A stretch of DNA of 60,658 nt from a virus (taxonomy: Duplodnaviria; Caudoviricetes). The DNA lies in IMG/VR virus record IMGVR_UViG_3300030103_001846, positions 1 through 60,658 of that record; one strand, 5' to 3'. Under the pieces are notes generated by a model that was given only the letters and a program-made list of their open reading frames with translations, had not been told where the DNA came from and searched no databases. Below, one piece after another: positions 1-10,900 of this stretch (position 1 is its first letter; the number at the start of each line of letters is the position of its first letter). A program made the translations under genes and the position numbers.

Positions 1-102
1 CTTGTTATACCAACGTAAAACACTCTGGTTTCATCGTCAGGATCACGTTGATAATTATTAAAAACTTTATGTGTTATGTCTGTAAACAATATAACGTTGT
101 CC
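1..102. repeat. Terminal overlap (copy 1) indicating circular assembly
   Basis: 1..98 is identical to 60557..60654; the last 4 nt differ at 2 positions (gtcc vs atct). Confidence 0.95.
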
Positions 103-1436
103 GCCTCTGCTCCTTTTGCAGCATGGATAGTAGATATACGAATACGAGGTTGTTTTAAAACTTTTTCTCCTCTTCTCAACATAGCTTGTAAATAACTTCT
201 TTCTGTTATAGAAACCATATCTAAACACTCAAACCATCTACCACGTGGTAAAACACCAACTATATTTTCTACGTAAGTTCTATCTACTTTTTCATCTCCT
301 TCGAACATTTTTAATTGTGTTTTAGCTACCTTTTTTATATATCTTAAAAATGTTCCACAATCTTGTTTGCTTAATTTTTCGTCTTTATTAAATTTTTCCC
401 AGTTCCTTACACCCTCTAACTTTATGGCTGTAATACTTGGATTACCCTTAACTTCAAAAAACCATCCTTCATGCTTACAGTGGTCTATAATATTGTTTAA
501 TAAATAATTAGTTCTTGCTAAAACTAGCCAAGTTCCTTCACTCATGTCTATATGTTCAAATCCTCTTTCCCAACTAACTAGTCCTTGTTCTTCTTTAGGT
601 TTCCAAGACTTAGCAACTCTTTTAGATAATCTTCCTACTGTGTCTCTAGCTAATTTGTGTACGGAGCTAGGTATCCTATAACTTTGATTTAAAACAGTAG
701 CATTTTTACAGTTATTAATTAAATAATCTACGTCAGCCCCCGCCCATTTATATATGGCTTGGTCATCATCACCTGCTATATAAATTTTATGACTGCCCTC
801 TATAATCTTATTAACTACAGACCATTGCAATGGGCTTAAATCCTGAGCTTCGTCTATAAATAAAGCGTCTAACTTAGGTGCATAACCTCTTTGTAAAAAG
901 AAAGTAAGCATATCTGTATAGTCGTATAATCTTCTAACCTTTTTATAAGCCTCATACCCTCTACTAAATCTATCTAAAGCATACCAATTTACTGCGTCTT
1001 CTACCTCATGCCACACATCTTCTAAAGGTTCTTTCTTCATTCTAGCTAAATTATCTATAAACATTAATCTATCGTCTTTAGACATACTGTATATAGTTCC
1101 GTCTTCTGTATTTTGAGAACCTGTAAGTTTTATATTTAATTTATCGTTTAATTCAATTAAATGTGTTCTTTCAAAAACATCCTCTTTATTTAAACCTAAT
1201 TGATGAAAGCTTAGAGAATGTAATGTTTTGAAATAAGGTAAGTCTTTTTTAGACAACGAAAATTTATGCATGGCTCTTTCAATACCTTCGTTTACAGCTC
1301 TTTTAGTAAAAGTAAAAAACCCAATCTTATCTGGAGATACACCACTATCTAATTCGTTTTCTATTAATTGTAATAAAGTAGACGTTTTACCTGTTCCCGG
1401 TGGTCCTAATATCACTTGAGTTTTTTCAGGCAACAT
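1..1436 (-). CDS. UvrD/Rep-like SF1 helicase, N-terminal part; continues across the origin to 60499 (497 aa total)
   Basis: Not in the ORF track; translated by hand: MLPEKTQVILGPPGTGKT (Walker A), FIDEAQDLSPLQW, AGDDDQAIY, QSYRIP, STIHAAKGAEADNV. Confidence 0.93.
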   Translation of the reverse strand, partial: MLPEKTQVILGPPGTGKTSTLLQLIENELDSGVSPDKIGFFTFTKRAVNEGIERAMHKFSLSKKDLPYFKTLHSLSFHQLGLNKEDVFERTHLIELNDKLNIKLTGSQNTEDGTIYSMSKDDRLMFIDNLARMKKEPLEDVWHEVEDAVNWYALDRFSRGYEAYKKVRRLYDYTDMLTFFLQRGYAPKLDALFIDEAQDLSPLQWSVVNKIIEGSHKIYIAGDDDQAIYKWAGADVDYLINNCKNATVLNQSYRIPSSVHKLARDTVGRLSKRVAKSWKPKEEQGLVSWERGFEHIDMSEGTWLVLARTNYLLNNIIDHCKHEGWFFEVKGNPSITAIKLEGVRNWEKFNKDEKLSKQDCGTFLRYIKKVAKTQLKMFEGDEKVDRTYVENIVGVLPRGRWFECLDMVSITERSYLQAMLRRGEKVLKQPRIRISTIHAAKGAEADNVILFTDITHKVFNNYQRDPDDETRVFYVGIT

Positions 1437-1438
1437 AT

Positions 1439-2023
1439 TTATATACCTGTCCTAAAAGTTAAATTAATTCTTGTATCTATTGGTGATTCTACATCTAATA
1501 TATTGTGTGTAGATTTAAGTTGGCTTTTACCATCAAATATGATTACATCACCGTCCTCTAATAAAAAATATTTTGTGCAATCTAATTGTTTATACCTTAC
1601 ATCTATTTCAGAGGTATTAGTTTTATCTTTAATATTTTTTGCATATTGTCTCCAACCAAATACTCTAGGTGCACCAAATGAAACAGAAACTACTAAATCT
1701 TTTTCTGTAGGCACTGTGTCGGAATGGTAAGGGATACCTTTTCCTTCTTCGCTATAAAAACCACACAAACAAAAATTAAATTCTACTTCCTCATTTAGTT
1801 CTTGTTTAATAAGTGTTTGTAGATTATCTTTGATATATTTCATTGGTTTTGTCCATGGGTCTGGTTTATAAACTTTACCTGCATAATTAAAGTTTTTATT
1901 CCCAAAAGCTCTAGTCGGTCTGCCTTTAACTAAATTACCTTTATACAATCTTATGTTAGGTTCATCCCAATAATCTATCTTAGGATCAAAACCAGATAGA
2001 CCACCTTTTATAAATTTAATCAT
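1439..2023 (-). CDS. AlkB-family 2OG-Fe(II) dioxygenase
   Basis: HxD (YHSD), SVSFGAPRVF, distal His (STHNI) and C-terminal RINLTFR, typical of AlkB/ALKBH2-3. Confidence 0.88.
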   Translation of the reverse strand: MIKFIKGGLSGFDPKIDYWDEPNIRLYKGNLVKGRPTRAFGNKNFNYAGKVYKPDPWTKPMKYIKDNLQTLIKQELNEEVEFNFCLCGFYSEEGKGIPYHSDTVPTEKDLVVSVSFGAPRVFGWRQYAKNIKDKTNTSEIDVRYKQLDCTKYFLLEDGDVIIFDGKSQLKSTHNILDVESPIDTRINLTFRTGI

Positions 2024-2159
2024 TCTTTTCCCATTTACAATTTATGATGTCTTCAGTGTCTTTATTCCTATCTATCCACCTTCTAGAATAAACAAAAACA
2101 AAACTAAGTAAGTTCCATAAAATAAATATTGTTATAACCCAAAATAAAATTTCTAACAT
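2016..2159 (-). CDS. Small single-pass membrane protein (47 aa)
   Basis: Hand-translated MLEILFWVITIFILWNLLSFVFVYSRRW...; fills the gap between neighbours. Confidence 0.6.
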   Translation of the reverse strand: MLEILFWVITIFILWNLLSFVFVYSRRWIDRNKDTEDIINCKWEKND

Positions 2160-2168
2160 ATCTTCCCC

Positions 2169-2423
2169 TTATATTGATTTCTTATAATTATTACTGCTAA
2201 TTATTTCTTTAAATTTAACTCCAAGTAATTTATGTATTCTGTCTTCAAATAGACTTACATGATCACTTACCATTTCTTGTTCTTTACCAGACATATTATC
2301 CCAGTCCTCTATAAATTCTTCTGGTTCTTGTTTTAATCCATCGAACACTTTCATTAAATAATCTGATATTGTATGTTTAGCTTTTACTTTAGCTGTAACT
2401 TTATGACCTTGATATTCAATCAT
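2169..2423 (-). CDS. Hypothetical protein
   Basis: 84-aa ORF overlapping the primase stop (ATGA). Confidence 0.75.
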   Translation of the reverse strand: MIEYQGHKVTAKVKAKHTISDYLMKVFDGLKQEPEEFIEDWDNMSGKEQEMVSDHVSLFEDRIHKLLGVKFKEIISSNNYKKSI

Positions 2424-3949
2424 ATTTCCTCCTCTATGTCCGTAATGTCTTTAGGTATTAGGAAACTTTCTGTTTGTGTTTCAAACTCAGGCACATACCA
2501 TACATTTGTTCCTTTACCTTTAATATTAAAAAAGTGTGCACCTCCTCCCATTTGTCTTAATTTAGAAGTTATTTTATTTCTAGCGTATTCTTTAAAACCA
2601 TTTCTAGTTAAATAATCTACTAAATCACTTACCCTAAAATATGTTTTGCTACCATCAGTCCAAGGCTTATGCAATAATATTTCATCTCTTTCTCTAGCAG
2701 GTCTTTCAGTGCAAAAAGTTTCTAGTAACTCTTTAAAATGCCCCTCGTTAGATGCGTCGTCTGGCATTTCTATAACTGTTAAAGTATCTAATAATTGTTG
2801 TATAAGTTGTCTCCATACGTTTTCTTTTACTTTAGGTGGTATTACATTAAGTGCATCCATACATTTTCTTTGAAATCTATTTTGGTTTAATAAATCATCT
2901 GTCTCTAATTCTAATCTACCTCCTTCAACATCTAAAAACCATATCGGGGGATCACTATTTTGTTTTGTTAAATTACTAAACTGTGGTGTTCCTCCAGAAG
3001 AACCTATACCAAACTTCCTAGTCCTACATACCGTTGAATTACAATGACCTGCTATAGGTTGGTCATTACACCTATAAAAATAATCTTTTTTCTGAACCTG
3101 TTTTATAACTGTCAACACCTCCTGTGCCACTAATGGTGGGCTCATGTGTTGCATATTTACTTGCTCTAAACGTTTCTCCCAATCGTCTTCATATTTCTTT
3201 CTTAAAAACACACCTAAATTAAATAAACCAGAGTTCCTAGTTCCTTTAGGAAAACCCTGCGTAATTAAATGTTGTAAGCAAGGAGGAGACTGTTCTAACC
3301 ACTCCTCATCTTGTGAAGCCTCTACAACATATTCTTCTAGTTCTTTAGCTGTTATAGTTTTGCTACTTGCATATTCAATAAACTCCTCAGGTGTTAAAGC
3401 TACACCGCTTTTACCGAATGCATATCTTGTTGAATCTTCACCACCAAAATAAGGCATATTTAAGGCACTGCCTTTATCCCCCCTATCTAACAATAATTTA
3501 GTTTGTTTAGGAAAAATCTCTGCTTGACCATAGCCTAAACAAGCTGCAATATCTTTTAACTTTTTTTGTAGTATAGATGCAGGAACAGGATCAAAAACAA
3601 AAAGAAAGATATGTGCACCGCCGCTTTTACTTCTACATAAAACTAACGGTAGTTTCATCTGATGAAGTTTTTTAGCTAACTTTTTAAGATCGATAGTAAA
3701 GTCGTCAACGTCTATAGCCCCCCACGAGCAACAATTTTCTTCATTAATAGGCACAATACCTATAGAAGTAACTCCGCTCAAGTGTTGATCCCATAGGTCT
3801 CTTAACCTATTTTCTGTCAGTTGTTCAGATACAGTAATAACTTTACCACCGACTTTACCATCATCCCTTAATTCAGATGTTTGAGTAAACTTTCCATAAG
3901 CCTGTTTTAGCCCTGCAAATAACTTTGCATAATCACGAGCTAAAGACAT
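2420..3949 (-). CDS. Primase (AEP/prim-pol type with primase C-terminal domain)
   Basis: WGAIDVD, RSKSGGAH, LNMPYF and PPCL...GTRNSGLFNLG motifs. Confidence 0.8.
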   Translation of the reverse strand: MSLARDYAKLFAGLKQAYGKFTQTSELRDDGKVGGKVITVSEQLTENRLRDLWDQHLSGVTSIGIVPINEENCCSWGAIDVDDFTIDLKKLAKKLHQMKLPLVLCRSKSGGAHIFLFVFDPVPASILQKKLKDIAACLGYGQAEIFPKQTKLLLDRGDKGSALNMPYFGGEDSTRYAFGKSGVALTPEEFIEYASSKTITAKELEEYVVEASQDEEWLEQSPPCLQHLITQGFPKGTRNSGLFNLGVFLRKKYEDDWEKRLEQVNMQHMSPPLVAQEVLTVIKQVQKKDYFYRCNDQPIAGHCNSTVCRTRKFGIGSSGGTPQFSNLTKQNSDPPIWFLDVEGGRLELETDDLLNQNRFQRKCMDALNVIPPKVKENVWRQLIQQLLDTLTVIEMPDDASNEGHFKELLETFCTERPARERDEILLHKPWTDGSKTYFRVSDLVDYLTRNGFKEYARNKITSKLRQMGGGAHFFNIKGKGTNVWYVPEFETQTESFLIPKDITDIEEEI

Positions 3950-3952
3950 GAC

Positions 3953-4699
3953 TTATATACTGTCTTCTTGTTTTACTTTTACGTCTCCTGACTTTGCTGC
4001 CATCATAAAGTCTTTCGCTTGTAAAGCTAAAGACTTTTCAGCACCAGTAATTTGGTCAGCTTGAGTAACATTAAAACCGAACCAAGAACCTTTATCATTA
4101 CTTAGTTCTACAGTAGTTAAAAGATACTTATAAGCAAATATGGGAGCTGACACAAAAACACCTTCAGAGTTTTGTATCTTAGCCATACGTAAAATAGTAT
4201 TCCATTTTCTAGCTACTCCTAGTTGACTTCTACTAAAACTTAATACACATTGCTGTGGACCTTCATTAGGGTCTAACAACAATATAAAAAACTGTGCAGT
4301 TTCATCAATAGTATTACCATTTTCTAAAACAGGTATACCTTGATCGTTCTTTGTAGTGTTTCTAAGAATAGTAGGGTCATGGTCTGCAGTAACTAAACCA
4401 CCACCTTTTTCCCTTGGTATCCATTCTAAGTATCGTTTTGTATAGCTACAAGGAATTATTTCAACACCTTTTTCACCATCATATATAGCATTAGTAACAG
4501 TATTATGTAACATACCTACTTCTGCCCCCTCAACGTGCTCTGGTGCACGTTTATTTACTTGTGGTGATAAAGCTTGTAAGACCCTTATAAAAGGTATAGC
4601 TAAATCATCACTAGTCATGTTTTCTAAACCAGTCCCTGCACTAAGCAGATCATCGTCGAAAACGGCTATATTTGTGCTTTTTTTACTTTCTTCAGACAT
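3953..4699 (-). CDS. Putative single-stranded DNA-binding / replication protein
   Basis: DDLAIPFIRVLQALSPQV and NDKGSWFGF motifs; position between primase and helicase genes. Confidence 0.55.
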   Translation of the reverse strand: MSEESKKSTNIAVFDDDLLSAGTGLENMTSDDLAIPFIRVLQALSPQVNKRAPEHVEGAEVGMLHNTVTNAIYDGEKGVEIIPCSYTKRYLEWIPREKGGGLVTADHDPTILRNTTKNDQGIPVLENGNTIDETAQFFILLLDPNEGPQQCVLSFSRSQLGVARKWNTILRMAKIQNSEGVFVSAPIFAYKYLLTTVELSNDKGSWFGFNVTQADQITGAEKSLALQAKDFMMAAKSGDVKVKQEDSI

Positions 4700-4714
4700 A
4701 AGTCCTCCTTCTTT

Positions 4715-5287
4715 CTAAGATATTTTTGCACGACTACCAATAAAAAGACCAAATATATCAGTAGGAATGTTGCCATTACCACTTTCTATTTGTTCTTTCA
4801 CCCAAGCTTTTAACGTGGAAGAGTGCACACCTTTATTATTATAAGGTGTAAAACCCATTGCACGGAGTTGGTCGTAAGCAGAGACAGCATCAATAGATTG
4901 ATCCTTACCAAATTTTACCCCCACCTCATGTTTTATAATGTCACCAAAGCCATTATCTTCTAACCAAGCAAAAGCTTGTTCAGAATTAGCTTTAGATATA
5001 TGAGCATTATAAAAGTCTTGAATAACGATTTTAACACCGTTATTTAATTTAATTTCACTAAAACCTACTTCAGCCATCTTTTCAGGCAGTTGCCTTTCTT
5101 GGATGTCTCGTAGTTCTTCTTTAGCTAAACTAAGTTCTTCTGTAAGTTGGTCAACCTTATTTTTTGCTTCTACTTGTTTTTGAGCAAGGTCAGATACACC
5201 TTTCATCTCGTCATCAGTAGTAGCGTTTTTCCAATCAACATCTTGTTCAAAGAACTCTGCAGTTAGATTATCATTCGATTCCTTCAT
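4715..5287 (-). CDS. Conserved phage replication-module protein
   Basis: Coiled coil plus AFAWLEDNGFGDIIK and VHSSTLKAWVKEQ motifs. Confidence 0.65.
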   Translation of the reverse strand: MKESNDNLTAEFFEQDVDWKNATTDDEMKGVSDLAQKQVEAKNKVDQLTEELSLAKEELRDIQERQLPEKMAEVGFSEIKLNNGVKIVIQDFYNAHISKANSEQAFAWLEDNGFGDIIKHEVGVKFGKDQSIDAVSAYDQLRAMGFTPYNNKGVHSSTLKAWVKEQIESGNGNIPTDIFGLFIGSRAKIS

Positions 5288-5615
5288 GTAAGTCCTCCTT
5301 AGCTTCTAGGTCTAATGATACAGGATAATAAACTTGCGTTTCTCTATCCCACTTTAAAACTTTAAACTTACTAAATTTTTGTGCTATCAAAGCACAGCAT
5401 ATTCCAATAGCAGAAGGATCGCCTATTAATAATAGATAATCTTCTTCAGGATTGAAATTAACAAGTTTACGTTTTAACTTCCTAATAACTGGTATACTAC
5501 TGAACATAATATTAGTATTAGCAGGTAACAATACATCAAGATTGCCAAATGAAGTTGCTTTTAGTATGTTTTTGCCCGGAGTTTCCTGAACAACATACAC
5601 ATAATTATCTTTCAT
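5271..5615 (-). CDS. Conserved hypothetical protein
   Basis: VYVVQE...DYLLLIGDP; AGAAAGA upstream; first gene of the replication operon. Confidence 0.75.
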   Translation of the reverse strand: MKDNYVYVVQETPGKNILKATSFGNLDVLLPANTNIMFSSIPVIRKLKRKLVNFNPEEDYLLLIGDPSAIGICCALIAQKFSKFKVLKWDRETQVYYPVSLDLEAKEDLHEGIE

Positions 5616-5677
5616 TCTTTCTACCTTTCTTATAGTTATTAATTAGTTTTTATAATTTATAAAAAAAGTAAGTCAAA

Positions 5678-5691
5678 GTAAAGCGTTTTAT
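5678..5691. promoter_or_regulatory. GTAAA-N4-TTTAC-like operator in the divergent promoter region
   Basis: gtaaagcgttttat. Confidence 0.6.
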
Positions 5692-5730
5692 TATTTTTTA
5701 TAGTATATTAGTTTTTAGAGAGAAGAAATT

Positions 5731-7167
5731 ATGTATAAGTTTAAAACTGTTCCCTATGAACATCAACATAAAGCTTTAAAAGAAAGTTGGAATAAACGTT
5801 CTTATGCTTATTTTATGGAGATGGGCACAGGTAAATCTAAAGTATTAATTGATAATATAGCTATTTTATATGATAGAGGAGCTATTAATACAGCAGTTAT
5901 TATTGCACCTAAAGGTGTTTATCTAAACTGGTTAGAAAAAGAAATACCTGCTCATATGCCAGACCATGTAGAAACATATATTGCTTTATGGAAAGCAGCA
6001 CCTACAAAAAGAAAACAAGAAGCTTTATTAAAACTATTTACAGAAAGCGATAAATTAAGAATATTAATAATAAACGTTGAGGCTTTTTCTTCCCAAAAAG
6101 GTAAAACCTTTACAGAAAAGTTTGTAAGGTCTACAGACTGTTTATTAGCTATAGACGAAAGCACTACTATAAAAAACCCAAAAGCTAACAGAACTAAAAA
6201 TCTTTTAAAAATAAGCCATGAGGCAAAGTTTAAAAGAATATTAACAGGTTTTCCTATTACTAAATCACCTATGGATTTTTATACACAGTTTAAATTTTTA
6301 GATACTAACATTTTAGGCTATGAATCTTTTTACGCTTTTCAAAACCATTTTGCAGAAGTTGTATCTAGGTCTGTAGGATCACATAGTTTTAGAGAAATTA
6401 AAAGTTTTAGAAACTTAGAAGAACTTAAAAAATTAACAAAACAACATAGTTACAGAGTTTTGAAAAAAGACTGTTTAGATTTACCCGATAAAATTTATAA
6501 CAAACATTACGTAGAACTAACACCTGAGCAAAATAAATTATATAAAGAAATGAAAAAAGATGCGTTAGCTACTTTAAATGATTTAGAAACAGTAACAGCT
6601 AATTCTGTAATGACACAATTATTAAGATTACATACTATGTTATGTGGTTTTGTAAAGACTGATACAGATAGCATTATAGATATAAAAAATAATAGATTAG
6701 ACGCATTACTAGAATTAATATCTTACAATGATAATAAAGTTATTATATGGGCTAATTATGTTCATAATATTAAAGCCATAAAAGAAGTATTAGAAAAAAC
6801 TTATGGCGGAGGTAGTGTTGTTAGTTATTATGGCAGCACAGGTCTTGATGATAGAAAACAAGCTATTGAATTATTTCAGTCTCAAGAAAGCGATGTTAGG
6901 TTTTTTGTAGGTAATCAAATGACAGCAGGGTATGGTATTACTTTAACTAGTGCAAACAATGTTATTTATTATTCTAATAGTTTTGATTTAGAAAAACGTT
7001 TACAATCAGAAGATAGAGCTCACCGTATAGGTCAAAATGATAAAGTTACTTATTATGATTTAACTGTAAAAGACACTATAGATGAAAAAATTGTAAAAAC
7101 TTTATGTGCTAAATTAGATTTAGCTCAACAAGTATTAGGTGATGGATTTCAATCTTGGTTAAATTAG
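5731..7167 (+). CDS. SNF2-family helicase
   Basis: MEMGTGKS, IDEST, LTGFP, GYGITLT and QSEDRAHRIGQ motifs. Confidence 0.93.
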   Translation: MYKFKTVPYEHQHKALKESWNKRSYAYFMEMGTGKSKVLIDNIAILYDRGAINTAVIIAPKGVYLNWLEKEIPAHMPDHVETYIALWKAAPTKRKQEALLKLFTESDKLRILIINVEAFSSQKGKTFTEKFVRSTDCLLAIDESTTIKNPKANRTKNLLKISHEAKFKRILTGFPITKSPMDFYTQFKFLDTNILGYESFYAFQNHFAEVVSRSVGSHSFREIKSFRNLEELKKLTKQHSYRVLKKDCLDLPDKIYNKHYVELTPEQNKLYKEMKKDALATLNDLETVTANSVMTQLLRLHTMLCGFVKTDTDSIIDIKNNRLDALLELISYNDNKVIIWANYVHNIKAIKEVLEKTYGGGSVVSYYGSTGLDDRKQAIELFQSQESDVRFFVGNQMTAGYGITLTSANNVIYYSNSFDLEKRLQSEDRAHRIGQNDKVTYYDLTVKDTIDEKIVKTLCAKLDLAQQVLGDGFQSWLN

Positions 7168-7958
7168 ACAGGCATTTGTCTAATAATATCTATCTCTCTT
7201 AAAAAATCATCCATATTAGCTAAACTTAAACCTAATCTTTGATCTGGTGCTCCGCCACCACTGCCACCTCTTATATTAAAATTCATCATATCGTTTTGAA
7301 GTATCGGGTTTACCTCTACTCCTTTTATAGGATCAAAAACTAAATCTCCTATGCCTCCTGCAGGAGGTGGAGATTGAACAAGTTGTGATTCTTTTTTATC
7401 TTCTTCATCTACCCCTTCTGGGAAAGTAGGTATTTCTTGATTCAAAGCATCCATAATTGTTATTCTATATGGGTCATAACCAAACCCTAGTTGTGGAAAA
7501 AATCCTGCTCTTTGTCCTTGTATAAGTCTTAATAAAGGTTCAGGCATTTGCCTAATTAAATCTTTAGTTTGTTGTTCTTGCGTAGCTGGTGGGAGATCCA
7601 ATCTTTCAGGTTCACCAACCATTTGGTTTTGCAAAATACCACCGTCTTGCATACCTCTTATAGAATCAAAATCTGCAGTAGCTTCCATAAGTTCATTAAT
7701 TCTATTTTTCATAGTTTTAGTTTTATTCGAATTAAAATTATCTACTTCTATATCATATACTGATGGGTTATCTTTTTTAGATTTACCTCTAAGCTGTGTT
7801 ATTTCGAAATCTACTTTTTTAAGATTGTTTCTAATATTAGTGCCGTCTCGCATAATATCTTGTGTGTCCATCTTATCAAGGTTATTACCTAATTGATTAG
7901 TCATATTAGATAAAGATACTATGCCTTCTTCTATATTATTTAATTTATCAGATATCAT
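7164..7958 (-). CDS. Hypothetical protein (possible virion protein)
   Basis: 264-aa ORF ending the late operon, convergent with SNF2. Confidence 0.65.
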   Translation of the reverse strand: MISDKLNNIEEGIVSLSNMTNQLGNNLDKMDTQDIMRDGTNIRNNLKKVDFEITQLRGKSKKDNPSVYDIEVDNFNSNKTKTMKNRINELMEATADFDSIRGMQDGGILQNQMVGEPERLDLPPATQEQQTKDLIRQMPEPLLRLIQGQRAGFFPQLGFGYDPYRITIMDALNQEIPTFPEGVDEEDKKESQLVQSPPPAGGIGDLVFDPIKGVEVNPILQNDMMNFNIRGGSGGGAPDQRLGLSLANMDDFLREIDIIRQMPV

Positions 7959-10900
7959 CTTTGTTTCGGTAATAATGTAATTTCTTCAGTTGTTAATTTT
8001 TCTGGTTCATCTTCAGCAAAAAATTGTTTTGCTAAAAAACCACCTAATATAGAATCCCTTCTTATTTTACTTGTTCTTTTAAATCTATTTTTAACAAATT
8101 CATTTAATAATACAGGATTTTCTACTAATTTTGTAACAGTATCAAAACCTCGTGCTAGACTATCACTACTAGCAATTCTAAATTTTACTGAATATTTATT
8201 TAATGGACCTAATATAAATTGTGCTAATTGTTGTCCTTCAGAATATTGTTTTCCATAAAAATTAATTATATCTCTGGCTGTGCCTTTATTTATAGCAAGA
8301 TCAAGACCTTCACCTCTAAACGAATTACCTAATGCTCTTTCTTGTAAATTAATAAAATTATTTATTAATTTTAAATTAGTAACATACTCTCTGCCTAAAA
8401 AATCACCGTAAGTTTTATTAAAATTAACATCTTTTGTTAATTTATTTAACGTAGCAGGGTTAAAAGTATTTCCATAAAAAGTATCTTTTATAGTTAATTT
8501 TTCAGATAAATCTTTCATTAAAAAGTTTTGAACTTCTTTTTCTAATACAGGGTTATCTTTTATAATATTTATTAATTCTCTTTTCTTAACTGTAGGAATT
8601 TTATCTGGGCTATCAATTAATAACCTATAAACTAAATTACCTACTTCTGCAGTGTCATCCTTTATTAAATCACCAAATTGTGCTTTTAATGTCCCTCTTG
8701 CTAAATCTGCTTTTTCTCTAGCAGCAATTTCTAATCCTAGTGATCTATTAAAATTACCTTTAATTTTCCTAATTTCATCAGGTGTAAAAATCCTATTTGC
8801 TAACGCAGAATTATCTTCGAAGAAATCTTTGACTATTTTTTTAGCTTGACCTTTATCAGTTATATTTTCTGTTGCGTTTCTTAATCTTTCAAAAACTCCT
8901 TCTCTAAAAGCAGGAATAAAATCTTGACTGCCTTTATCTAATATTTGAAATATTTCATCTATTGCACCCATAGATTGATAACTTTTACCATCTTGTCTAG
9001 CTAAATAATCAAAAAAACTTGCGTAGTCAAAACGACCTGTTCTAAAATCTTGTAAAACTTGTGATCTAAAATTTTCATTAGCTTGTTGGTATAGATTATC
9101 AACATAATTTTTAGCAGATAAAGGATTGTCAAATAGTTGTCCTTCTATAGTTATAGGGCTATCAAATTTATTTGCACCTAAAGCTTTATCTATATCGTTT
9201 TGTATAGCTTCTCCTAGTTTTAATAATGAAGCTTTAGTGCTAGGGCTATCAGTATTTTTAATTAAATAATCTAAACCTTCTTTAGTAGATCTTAATTCAC
9301 CAATTTTCATTCCGTCTGCTGCATTTTTAAATTGACCTTTAGAGTTCCTATCTCCTAATCTTAATAAAAAATCTCCAAAAGCGTCTCCCTCTAAGCCTAA
9401 CTCTCTTCTTAAATTAGGGTTTGCTAAACTTGCTATTAAATTTGCAGCTCCTTTATTATTTGCTTTATCTAACTTTAATAAAACTTCTCTAAAATTTTCT
9501 GGTTTAGCAGGAATATTATTTATTGCAGGATTTAATACATTGTTATAAACATTGTCTACTTCTTCTTTAAAACTTCTAGCAGTATCAAATATATAATTAT
9601 CGAAAGTTCCGGGAATCTTAGTTTGTGTAGGATCAACAGCTTCTCTACCAAATAAAGTGCGTCCTACTTCAAAAGCGTTACCTCTTTGTTGATTATAAGC
9701 ACCTCTTATATTTCTAGCTCTAGTTAATTCTTCTTGTAATTCTTTATTAATAACACCTTCTAATAAATTAATTCTATCTCTGGATAAAGTTTGTATTTCC
9801 GGTGCAATTTTTTCTAAAATTTCTCTTGATGATAAAGTATTACCCTCAACAGTCAATAAATTTTTAACGTAGTCTGCGATAGCTCTATTATTATCTTCTA
9901 ATTGAGATAAATATCTTTGTCTTACTTCTTTATTTGTAATGCTAGAACCTAAAAATACACTTTCTAATTCTAATAAATCAGCATCTTTAGTTCTTTGACC
10001 GAAAGTAGGTTTGAAACCAGCAGGTGCTTCATCTATTACTTCTTCTCGACTAATTTTAAGACCTGCTGTTTTTACTATATTATTAAGATCATTTAATATT
10101 TCATTCGGAACTTTACCTTCTGATAAAAAACCATGTAAACTTCTTAAACCAGTAGAAACTACTCCAAAAACACCTTCGCCTGCACCGGCTAGACCAGCAA
10201 TTAAACCTGCGTCTTGAGCTAAATCTGTGTAAGTTTTATCTTTATTTAAACCTAATTTTTCTTTACCTACAGCTAATCTTATATACTCATATAAGCCATT
10301 AATCAAAAAAGCAGGTGCAACTTGTGTCTTTGTAAAAGCAGCTGCTTTTTTTCCTCTACCCTCTAAAAGTTCTCCTTTACCAAAAAATCTATTTTTTAAA
10401 ACTATTGATGTTGCTATTTCTGGAATTAAAGGAGCTGCATCTTGCACACCAAACTCTGCTAAATCTTCTACAGTAAATCCGGGAGTATTGATAGTTTGAG
10501 GTGTATCATTTTCATTCATTTGAAAAACGATAGGGCTATTTTTATCTCCTGCTATTATGTGCCCTACAAAATAAGGTTCTTGCCCTCTTGTTTTTGTTAA
10601 AGTAGTTTGAACATCATCTACTGTATAATTTCTTGTGGCACCAACACCTAAATAAGCTCTTTCACCTATGTTAAAACCATCAAAGGGGTCTATACCTAAA
10701 TCTTGATATCGCTTTCGTTCTCCTGTAGGATCTAATAATTCACCTGCTTTTGAATAACCTTTTGATAAAATACTTGTAAATGTAGCAGGTGTATTAAAAG
10801 GTTTTAAAAACTCAGGAGTAATATCTCTTAATTTTTGAGAACCGCTACCAAGAAGTTCACCCATACCTTGTAATGTTTTAGCAGCACCTACTTGAAAACC

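Noticed and set aside
1-102. Biological direct terminal repeat
   Set aside because: Falls in the middle of the helicase gene and has the size of an assembly overlap
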